Assembly (NCBI GenBank): GCA_015521325.1
Contig: WAOK01000001.1
Location: 73,782-137,781, forward strand
Reading direction: 5' to 3'
Length of the DNA stretch: 64,000 nucleotides
Origin: Desulfurococcales archaeon
GTDB lineage: Archaea > Thermoproteota > Thermoprotei_A > Sulfolobales > NBVN01
Shown: positions 28,221 to 35,353 of the stretch, in pieces
How positions within the stretch are numbered: the first letter of the stretch is position 1
Layout of the letters: each line of letters opens with the position of its first letter
Translations under genes and position numbers: made by a program
The notes under the pieces: model-generated
Told to the model about the DNA's origin: nothing
What the model saw: only the letters and a program-made list of their open reading frames with translations
Databases searched by the model: none

Positions 28221-28658
28221 ATGCTCGGTGCCGATGAGATCTCTAGGCTAGCATGCGGCGCGGTATCGATGGATGAGGTTTTCTCTGTTCTTGCCTATGC
28301 ATCAACTTCTGCAATAAAGGTCGTTTCCCTCGAGTTCTCCGTTGAAGGCTGTGACTACCTTAAGCAGGCTCGGCTAATAATATCAGTACCCCTCGATGAG
28401 GCCGTTGCTGAATGGGTCGGCTTCGAGGCGTGGCTGCCCCCGGAAGTTCCTGCCAAGGACTTCATTACGAGAGCCTACAACGAGCTGGTGGGCCGGGGCT
28501 TCTCTGTTACGATGAGTAAGGATGGTGTATTCATTCACAAGGAGAGGGTACGGAATGTGTGCCTCAGAACCCTCGTTGAAGAAATATGCAAGGTTGTTGA
28601 GGGCAGAGCACCTAGTAAAATCGAGTACCGCGGTTATTCGGTGATGGAGGAGTGGTAG
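28221..28658 (+). CDS. hypothetical protein
   Basis: Track ORF of 145 aa. Its 3' end overlaps the dph5 start by 7 nt. No family was recognised. Confidence 0.4.
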   Translation: MLGADEISRLACGAVSMDEVFSVLAYASTSAIKVVSLEFSVEGCDYLKQARLIISVPLDEAVAEWVGFEAWLPPEVPAKDFITRAYNELVGRGFSVTMSKDGVFIHKERVRNVCLRTLVEEICKVVEGRAPSKIEYRGYSVMEEW

Positions 28659-29440
28659 GTAAGCTGTATCTGGTTGGGTGCGGGCTTACCCCGGATCTGA
28701 TTACGTTAAGGGCACTCACTGTTGCTAGGGAAGCGGATCACGTCTTTGTGGACTCATACACCAGCAGGCTCCTGGGCGACGGACTAGCTAAACTCGAGGA
28801 ACTAATAGGTAGGAAAGTTGAGGTTCTGGGCAGATCAGATCTCGAGGAGGGCCTCACAAAGAAAGTGCTCCCCCTCGCCTCCACAAGGCGTGTCGCGTTA
28901 CTAGTCGTTGGTGATCCCCTGGTCGCCACTACCCATAACGCGATAGTGGTTGACGCTGTGAAGAGAGGGATAGACGTGGAGGTTGTGCCGGGGGTAAGCA
29001 TAGTTCCTACAGCCCTCACTCTATCAGGTCTGATGATCTATAAGATGGGCAGGATCGCAACAATAACCTACCCGGTTCACGGGGTCCTTAGTGAGCATCC
29101 CTACAACGTACTGAAAGACAATGACGAGAGAGGTCTTCACACACTGTTCCTTCTCGAGATGGACGCCGAGAAAGGTTACTATATGAGGGTTCCCGAGGCT
29201 ATCGAGATCCTATACAAGTTGGAGGAAAGAAGAGGGGAGGGCGTTGTTTCCCCGGAGAGATTAGCTGTCGCTGTTGGGGCATTAGGTGATAGGGAAAGGC
29301 AGAGGGTGTGCCCAGGTACCTTGGGCGAGCTCATGGGCTTCGATGCTGATGTGCCCCACACTCTAATAGTTGTATCGCCGAAACCACACTTTATGGAGGA
29401 GGAGGCGCTGGATGCCGCCAAACGAATGCTCTGCAAGTGA
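28652..29440 (+). CDS. dph5: diphthine synthase
   Basis: Track ORF of 262 aa with a GTG start. Matching blocks are LYLVGCGL...ITLRAL...ADHVFVDSYTS, LVVGDPLVATTH and the HTL tetrapyrrole-methylase fold pattern. Confidence 0.92.
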   Translation: MVGKLYLVGCGLTPDLITLRALTVAREADHVFVDSYTSRLLGDGLAKLEELIGRKVEVLGRSDLEEGLTKKVLPLASTRRVALLVVGDPLVATTHNAIVVDAVKRGIDVEVVPGVSIVPTALTLSGLMIYKMGRIATITYPVHGVLSEHPYNVLKDNDERGLHTLFLLEMDAEKGYYMRVPEAIEILYKLEERRGEGVVSPERLAVAVGALGDRERQRVCPGTLGELMGFDADVPHTLIVVSPKPHFMEEEALDAAKRMLCK

Positions 29441-29468
29441 TGCCTCACGTGTCTGGACCTACATTAAG

Positions 29469-30113
29469 ATGGTGAAGAATGCCCTGTCCCAGGTGAGTCC
29501 AGAGGGGCTCAGTAAGGAGGTTCGGAGAATCTATGACCTCGCATCACTCTACGTCAAGGACGCGGAATACTACCTTGGCCTCGGTGACTGCATAACGTCT
29601 ACATCATGCATTGCCTACGCCGAGGGCTTGCTGGATGCCCTGAGGATGCTGGGCCACATAAGAATAGAGTGGGTGAGGGAGAGGCCGAAGAGGGTCTTAG
29701 TGGGTGGTACGTTCGACATCATACACCCAGGGCACATACACTACCTCAGGGAGGCGAGTAAGCACGGGCTCGTCTATGCCGTGGTTGCTAGGGACGTTAA
29801 CGTCGAGAGGATCAAGGGGAGGAGGCCAGTGATGCGTGAAGATGAGAGGCTCGCTATTGTGTCATCGATAAGGTACGTTTACAAGGCAGTGCTCGGCCAC
29901 GAGTCAGACTTCGGCGAGACGATAAATAGGCTGCGTCCAGACCTCATCGTTTTGGGCCCGGATCAGCCGGTAGATGAGGTATTTCTCGAGGGTATAGCGA
30001 GGAGGTATGGTCTCGCATTCGACGTTGTTAGGCTGAAGAAGAGGGTCGGCGGTCAGCACATGGCGTCACGCGAATACATTAAGCTATTGAAGGAGAGGTT
30101 ATGCAGAGAATAG
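29469..30113 (+). CDS. ribL: FAD synthetase RibL-type cytidylyltransferase with N-terminal helical (DUF357-like) domain
   Basis: The track ORF starts at 29370 and overlaps dph5. ATG 29469 follows the dph5 stop. The nucleotidyltransferase motif is VLVGGTFDIIHPGHIHYL, with ...RYV.... Confidence 0.8.
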   Translation: MVKNALSQVSPEGLSKEVRRIYDLASLYVKDAEYYLGLGDCITSTSCIAYAEGLLDALRMLGHIRIEWVRERPKRVLVGGTFDIIHPGHIHYLREASKHGLVYAVVARDVNVERIKGRRPVMREDERLAIVSSIRYVYKAVLGHESDFGETINRLRPDLIVLGPDQPVDEVFLEGIARRYGLAFDVVRLKKRVGGQHMASREYIKLLKERLCRE

Positions 30114-30169
30114 AGCGATGATGTAGGGTGCAAACGCTGATGTGTGATGCATGACTAAGTTCTGAGCTC
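30113..30169 (+). ncRNA. candidate C/D box sRNA (2'-O-methylation guide)
   Basis: The sequence reads GAGC-G-AUGAUGU(C)-AGGGUGCAAACG(12)-CUGA(D')-UGU-GUGAUGC(C')-AUGACUAAGUU(11)-CUGA(D)-GCUC. The architecture is canonical and a 4-bp terminal stem (GAGC/GCUC) is present. It lies in the gap between the ribL stop and the L2 stop. Confidence 0.65.
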
Positions 30170-30228
30170 GCTACAATCAAGGACTAAGGCTTTGGTGGTG
30201 AGGAGAAAATGTGTTACACCGCGGAGGC

Positions 30229-30957
30229 TTACTTACTCCTGGCGCCGCGCTTTCTGCCGGTCCTCCTAGCGGCTATGTGACCAACCTTCCTTCCAGGCGG
30301 GGCGTTCCTCGAGACCGTTGACGGTATTGATACGCTCTGGTGTGAGCCGCCTCCGAACTTGTGGGAGACCACGTTCATAGCAACACCCCTTACCCTAGGC
30401 CACTTGTGTGCCTTGGATCTCCACTTGTAGTAGGCGTTCCCAGCTTTCAGCAGAGGCTTCTCGTTTTTACCGACGCCGGCAGGCACACCTATGGTTGCCC
30501 TTGCCCTGCTCAGTATCATCTTATCCTTACCGCTCGGCAGCCTCACTATGGTGTACTCGCCGGACCTACCGACTATGAGCGCGTAGCTGCCGGGCGCCCT
30601 AGCCAGCTTTCCACCATCCCCGGGCCTGAGCTCGATGTTGTAGACCTTAGTACCCTCGGGTATATTGCCTAGGGGCAGGGTATTCCCTACGGAGAGGGAG
30701 GCGCCAGGGCCTATCTCCACAACTTGCCCGACGTACATCCCCTCAGCAGCGGGTATGTAGTACTCCCTCCCGTCCTCGAGTTCTATCCTCGCGAGCGGCA
30801 CCCACCTGCCGGGGTCGTGCACGAGCTCCATGACAACGCCCCTAAGCGTCTCGTCCGTCAGTGGTGGGTACTTAGCATCAGCAACCTTCCTATGACTCGG
30901 GCTCCTAAACACCGACCCGCCTCGACCGGCCCTCTGCTGCAGGATCCTCTTACCCAT
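30229..30957 (-). CDS. rpl2: 50S ribosomal protein L2 (uL2)
   Basis: Track ORF of 242 aa. Matching blocks are GNTLPLGNIPEGTKVYNIELRPGDGG and WPRVRGVAMNVVSHKFGGG. Confidence 0.97.
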   Translation of the reverse strand: MGKRILQQRAGRGGSVFRSPSHRKVADAKYPPLTDETLRGVVMELVHDPGRWVPLARIELEDGREYYIPAAEGMYVGQVVEIGPGASLSVGNTLPLGNIPEGTKVYNIELRPGDGGKLARAPGSYALIVGRSGEYTIVRLPSGKDKMILSRARATIGVPAGVGKNEKPLLKAGNAYYKWRSKAHKWPRVRGVAMNVVSHKFGGGSHQSVSIPSTVSRNAPPGRKVGHIAARRTGRKRGARSK

Positions 30958-30977
30958 GCGTTACCACCCCAAACAAG

Positions 30978-31241
30978 TTACAACAGACCTAGCCTGGTAG
31001 CTATTTCGTGGGCCTTATACTCCGGTGCTAGCTTCACATAGGCCTTCTTCTCTCCCCTGGGCGTTATGAGTGTCCTCACCTTAGCTACCTTTACCTCGAA
31101 CATGTCCTCGACGGCTCTCTTTATGTCGTGCTTGTTGGCCTTCAGGTCAACTATGAAGGTCAGCGTGTTCTGCTCCTGAATGAGCTTTATCGCCTTCTCC
31201 GTAGCTACGGCCCTCAGTATTATCTTTGTTGGGTCCTTCAC
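30978..31241 (-). CDS. rpl23: 50S ribosomal protein L23 (uL23)
   Basis: Track ORF of 87 aa. It reads [11 protein letters not shown]-like, then [28 protein letters not shown], and sits between L4 and L2. Confidence 0.93.
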   Translation of the reverse strand: MKDPTKIILRAVATEKAIKLIQEQNTLTFIVDLKANKHDIKRAVEDMFEVKVAKVRTLITPRGEKKAYVKLAPEYKAHEIATRLGLL

Positions 31242-32056
31242 GGCGTGACCACCTCGTACTTCTCGCTCAGCTTCTCAAGGGCTGAGCTAGTTATAATAGT
31301 TAGGCGCCCTGGCTCACCGCCGGGTGCTAGATGAAGGATGCTTAGGTTATCCGGTGTGGCCACGTCGACGCCCGGCAGGTTCCGTACCGCCTTTATGACT
31401 GGTGAGTCATACGATGATACCACGATCAGGATGGATCTGGGCTCTACGTACCGCCTCCCACGCATCTTGCCCTTACCTGCCCTTACCCTTGTCTTTTCCT
31501 TAGCCCTCTCCACGTCCTCCCACACACCTAGCTTCATCAGGACCTCCTTGGCCTTGGCCGTTTTCTCTATCTTCTCGAAATCATCAACAACGATCACTGG
31601 CAATGATTCGGCAGAGAACCTGTGGCCCCTGGCCCTAACAAGCTCCGGTATCGCTGTCGCCGAGAGTGCTGAGAGTATCGCTTTTATGCGCTCCTTCTTG
31701 TTAATTCTCTCATGAAGTACTTTCTCAACCCTTGGCGGGTGGGCCAGGCGCCCACCACGGACGTTTGGGGCGAGAACCGCCCTTCCGTTGTCCAGCCTGG
31801 GGACCCTGGCCACGCTGTGGCCAATACCCCACGACTCGCCAGCCCTCCTGTTGCCAGCCATCGGGTCCCTGCCTTTAGGCTGAAGCCTCGCCGTGTGGGC
31901 AGAGTGGAACGCCCTCCTTATGAGGTCCTTCCTTATTGGAAGCCGGAAGATAGGTGGTAGCTCGATCTCCTCCACGACGCCCCCATCTAATCCCCTGACC
32001 ACGGCCTTCCTTTCTTCCGAAAGACTCAGTGTGAATACGGTTCTCATCTCAGTCAC
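31238..32056 (-). CDS. rpl4: 50S ribosomal protein L4 (uL4)
   Basis: Track ORF of 272 aa. It contains [31 protein letters not shown]. It has a 4-nt overlap with L23. Confidence 0.95.
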   Translation of the reverse strand: MTEMRTVFTLSLSEERKAVVRGLDGGVVEEIELPPIFRLPIRKDLIRRAFHSAHTARLQPKGRDPMAGNRRAGESWGIGHSVARVPRLDNGRAVLAPNVRGGRLAHPPRVEKVLHERINKKERIKAILSALSATAIPELVRARGHRFSAESLPVIVVDDFEKIEKTAKAKEVLMKLGVWEDVERAKEKTRVRAGKGKMRGRRYVEPRSILIVVSSYDSPVIKAVRNLPGVDVATPDNLSILHLAPGGEPGRLTIITSSALEKLSEKYEVVTP

Positions 32057-32066
32057 CCCGGGCCTC

Positions 32067-33215
32067 TCATATCTTGCTCTCTAGGCTTATGTAGACTATT
32101 TTTGGCGGCTCCTCTGGGGCCCAGTCCGGTGGCCTCACAGGCCACCTAAGCACTAGGGGCCTCTTCGGCGGCCCCTGCACGCTCCCGGCCAACACAACGA
32201 AGTCGCTCCTCACTATCCCGTAGTGGGGGAAGCCACCCTTCGGAGTTATTGTTTCGATCGATGCCCTAGCCAGCTCTTCCTTACCCAGCTCCACACCCTC
32301 CTTGCACGCCTTCAGGCAGTACTCATTGCAGAGGAAGCCTGTCTGCGCGACCTTCCTGTCCTTACCCTCGGCCAGGGTGAAGGAGGTGTTGCAGCACATC
32401 ATCAATATCCTCTTATTATACTCTGTCCTCCTGTGGAACCCCATCTGACCCGCCTGCGGGGTCGGGCTTATGGCGCCTATGCCAGGCGACCTCGAGCCTA
32501 TCCTCCTGCTCCCCTTCCTGTGCTTGTGCCACCTCGGGAGCTCCTTGACGCCGAACCTCTTGATCACTCCCTGGAAGCCCTTGCCCTTTGTCACCCCTAT
32601 GACGTCGGTGAAGAAGCCCGGCTTGAGCACGTCGCAAACCCTCACCTGCTTGCCGAGCATTCCGAAGGCGTACTCTACCCTATCAGCTAGTTCACCGCCG
32701 CCAATAGCGACCTCTATTATGTCGGGAGCCTTCTTGCTCAGGCCTCCGGCTAGTTTTGGCTGTGAAGCGAGTATGAGTGAGACCCTGGATAGGTAGTCCT
32801 TATACTCCTCGACCTTCTTCCTGGCTTTCTCAACGTGGTCTTCGGGGATTGACAGGGTCTTCACGCGCCTCCAGACCTCGAGTTCCTTGGGAGGCACCGC
32901 CCAGGCCTCCGTGAGTGCCCTGTTTGCTGTCCCGTACTTAATGTAGAACCTCGCCCCCAGCACCACCATCGGCGGTACCTCGACCACGGTCACCGGCACA
33001 AAGATCTCCTTACCATGTGTCGGGGTACCGGCCCTGTCATCGATCATTAGTACGTGGGTCATCCCGGCCTTATAGCCGAGGAGGGCGAGGGGCCTCGGTT
33101 CGGGGAAATCAACTACTGGCCAGCTCCGTATCCTAGGCACGAACTCAGCGGCTCTCTTCCTCGGCCTAACGCCGAGACTCCCTCGCCTCGGTGCCGAGAA
33201 CTTCCTTCTTGCCAT
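32067..33215 (-). CDS. rpl3: 50S ribosomal protein L3 (uL3) with an internal Cys-rich insertion
   Basis: Track ORF of 382 aa. Matching blocks are PRRGSLGVRPRKRA, GYKAGMTHV, FQGVIKRFGVK and GQMGFHRRTEYNKRI...ITPKGGFPHYG. About 45 extra residues lie between the last two blocks (see findings). Confidence 0.95.
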   Translation of the reverse strand: MARRKFSAPRRGSLGVRPRKRAAEFVPRIRSWPVVDFPEPRPLALLGYKAGMTHVLMIDDRAGTPTHGKEIFVPVTVVEVPPMVVLGARFYIKYGTANRALTEAWAVPPKELEVWRRVKTLSIPEDHVEKARKKVEEYKDYLSRVSLILASQPKLAGGLSKKAPDIIEVAIGGGELADRVEYAFGMLGKQVRVCDVLKPGFFTDVIGVTKGKGFQGVIKRFGVKELPRWHKHRKGSRRIGSRSPGIGAISPTPQAGQMGFHRRTEYNKRILMMCCNTSFTLAEGKDRKVAQTGFLCNEYCLKACKEGVELGKEELARASIETITPKGGFPHYGIVRSDFVVLAGSVQGPPKRPLVLRWPVRPPDWAPEEPPKIVYISLESKI

Positions 33216-33274
33216 AGCTTCCGCACCACGCTACCACTCAACTTGAATAAGTCCTTTAAAGACTTTCTCGGTTA

Positions 33275-33321
33275 TCAGTTCTGGTTCTTCATCACAGTTC
33301 AGAACTCGGCAAACACATCAT
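33275..33321 (-). ncRNA. candidate C/D box sRNA (2'-O-methylation guide)
   Basis: The minus strand reads AUGAUGU(C)-GUUUGCCGAGUU(12)-CUGA(D')-ACU-GUGAUGA(C')-AGAACCAGAA(10)-CUGA(D). It lies just upstream of a TATA-like TTTAAAG for the L3 operon. There is no clear terminal stem, and the second spacer is short. Confidence 0.5.
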
Positions 33322-33630
33322 CTACTCTGAGATTGAGGTCAGCCTTAATATCCCCGCAGGTAGACACTCCGCGGTGGTGCGGATGGGCGGTAAGCAGAGA
33401 ACAACCTTGTTCATGGGCTTCGGTAGGGAGGAAAAGACCTCTCAGCAGCAGAGCTCGGGTAAGGAGAAGAAGGGTAGGAAAGGAAAAGGTAAGAAGAGGT
33501 AGTCACGTTAACAAAAAGCATCATAAACGGGCAACGCTACCGAACGGTTAAGATGATGTTTTGATGTGAGGGATGAGTTACGGCGTTCAGGTGGCCGCCA
33601 AGCAAGAGGGAGGACTTAGTTAGGGTATTC

Positions 33631-34431
33631 GTGCCCTCCTCGATAGTCTCGACCGAGCCCTCAGATGATGAGAAGGTTAGGGAACTCTCACGCCTCGCTA
33701 GGGCGATGGCGGTGTTCAAGGTTGACGAGATCGTCGTCGTGGGCATCGGGGGTTACGAGGACGATGCCGGGCTCGTTGACCTCATCCTCAACTACGTCGT
33801 CACTCCCCCGTATCTTAGGAGGGTGATATACCCCCTCAAGCCGGAGCTGAGGTTCGCAGGGCTAACCAAGCCCTTGGCCATATACACCCATAACCCAACC
33901 AACGAGCCGCCCCGGAGGGGCCAGCTAAGGGAAGGAATCGTGACGCGGTCATGGGGTATGAGAGCTAAGGCCTACGTAGGGCTGAGGAACGAGTGCGTTG
34001 TTCAATCATCCAGGGAGTTGAGCCCAGGTCGGAGGATCCTGGTGAGGATCGAGAGCGTTAACCCGCTTAGGTGCGTCGAGGTTAGCAGGGACGATGTTGA
34101 GGAGTACACGGGCTACGTCGTAAGTGTTGTTGGCCAGGATCATGTCAGGAGAGCTTTGAGGGGGTGCTTCACCGTTAATGCCACAAAGAGGGGGGCCCCA
34201 GTAACCAATAGGAGGATAGCTGAGAAGATCGTGAGCGGGTGGAGGGGCGCTGGCTGCATAAACCTCATGTTCGGCGACCCGAGACACGACTTCGACGAAC
34301 TCGTGGACTTCAGGCCCGGTCTGAACGTTAACTTCATACCGGGGCAGGGCACGCTGACGGTGAGGTCCGTTGAGGCCGTCTGGGCTACGCTATCTATCCT
34401 TAATTACTTATATGAGGTAAGGGGCGAGTGA
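33631..34431 (+). CDS. putative SPOUT-class RNA methyltransferase (DUF171 family)
   Basis: Track ORF of 266 aa with a GTG start. VPSSIVSTEP...LARAMAVFKVDEIVVV...TPPYLRR...NFIPGQGTLTVRSVEAVWATLSILN resembles the DUF171 pattern as I recall it. The N-terminus may extend upstream. Confidence 0.65.
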   Translation: MPSSIVSTEPSDDEKVRELSRLARAMAVFKVDEIVVVGIGGYEDDAGLVDLILNYVVTPPYLRRVIYPLKPELRFAGLTKPLAIYTHNPTNEPPRRGQLREGIVTRSWGMRAKAYVGLRNECVVQSSRELSPGRRILVRIESVNPLRCVEVSRDDVEEYTGYVVSVVGQDHVRRALRGCFTVNATKRGAPVTNRRIAEKIVSGWRGAGCINLMFGDPRHDFDELVDFRPGLNVNFIPGQGTLTVRSVEAVWATLSILNYLYEVRGE

Positions 34432-34441
34432 GCTTTAAAAG

Positions 34442-34954
34442 GTGGGCAATGCAAAGGTTGGCGGTGCAGAGCAGGTGTCGAGCGACCTAGGTATAGAGAT
34501 ACCGCCCGAGTGGAGGAGGTTCAGATACAGGGGCAAGACCCTAGAGGAGCTCCTGAGCATGAGCATGGACGAGTTCATCGAGCTACTGCCTGCGAGGGCG
34601 AGGAGGTCCCTCCTGAGGGAGTCGAACCCCGCTGTTCAGCAGAGGAGGGCCGAGATGGGGATTAAGGAGTCGCCGAGGATGAAGCTCTATAGGAAAGTGA
34701 TGAAGGCTAGGGAACTCATGAAGCAAGGCAAGAACGTCGTGATAAGGACTCATGTGAGGGACGCTATAATCCTCCCGATTATGGTCGGGATGACGTTCGA
34801 GGTATACAACGGTAAGGAGTTCGTGAGGTTCAGGATAACGCCTGAGATGATAGGCCACTACCTCGGCGAGTTCTCGCACCCGACGAAGGCAGTGCAGCAT
34901 GGCGAGCCGGGCCTAAAGGCAACCAGGTCCTCGCTGTTCGCCGCGATGAAGTAA
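34442..34954 (+). CDS. rps19: 30S ribosomal protein S19 (uS19)
   Basis: Track ORF of 170 aa. Matching blocks are [31 protein letters not shown] and [27 protein letters not shown]. The alternative start is GTG 34475, downstream of a CTTTAAAAGG box at 34433-34442. Confidence 0.93.
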   Translation: MGNAKVGGAEQVSSDLGIEIPPEWRRFRYRGKTLEELLSMSMDEFIELLPARARRSLLRESNPAVQQRRAEMGIKESPRMKLYRKVMKARELMKQGKNVVIRTHVRDAIILPIMVGMTFEVYNGKEFVRFRITPEMIGHYLGEFSHPTKAVQHGEPGLKATRSSLFAAMK

Positions 34955-34957
34955 GGC

Positions 34958-35353
34958 CTAACCCTCCCTATACTCCCTCCATTTTCTCAGCAACCTCCTC
35001 AGCAGATGCGGTGTTATCAGTACACGTGTGTCGTTATCGCCCCAGACGATCCTCGTGTCGTATATCCTCGTGACCTCCTCTGGAAACAACTCCCTAAGCT
35101 TCTTCCTCTTCTCTTTAGTTAAGTCAATCTGAGAGTAGGTAATGTCGTCTATCTCACCATACCTTATAGTAATAGCGGATTCTCTCCCTCTCTTGGAGAC
35201 TATGGTGAGCTGAGAGAAGTGAAGCGATCCCTTTCTCCTATGTGTGGTCATCACCGGCTCGCGGACGTACTTAACGGCTACGGAGTCCTCCCTGAAGTCT
35301 AGGAAGCAGGGAAAAACTATCCTCTCGATTACGACGTAGCAGGAGCGCCTCAT
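34958..35353 (-). CDS. hypothetical protein translationally coupled to rtcB
   Basis: Track ORF of 131 aa. Its ATG overlaps the rtcB stop (ATGA at 35353-35350). No family was recognised. Confidence 0.5.
   Translation of the reverse strand: MRRSCYVVIERIVFPCFLDFREDSVAVKYVREPVMTTHRRKGSLHFSQLTIVSKRGRESAITIRYGEIDDITYSQIDLTKEKRKKLRELFPEEVTRIYDTRIVWGDNDTRVLITPHLLRRLLRKWREYREG

Noticed and set aside
33425-33500. GGGAGGAAAAGACC and a purine-rich tract, considered as RNase P RNA (CR-I-like) or SRP RNA.
   Set aside because: The conserved AGUCC core of CR-I is absent, as are the other universally conserved RNase P or SRP helix-8 motifs. The region is also too short for either RNA.
33054-33551. A 165-aa plus-strand track ORF spanning the L3 5' end and the intergenic region.
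   Set aside because: Its first half is antisense to the well-supported L3 gene. The sequence is low-complexity, and its frame differs from the small TATA-preceded ORF. I treat it as a shadow ORF.
33553-33600. The C-box-like AUGAUGU followed by GAUGAG on the plus strand.
   Set aside because: There is no CUGA D box at a compatible distance and no C'/D' pairing.
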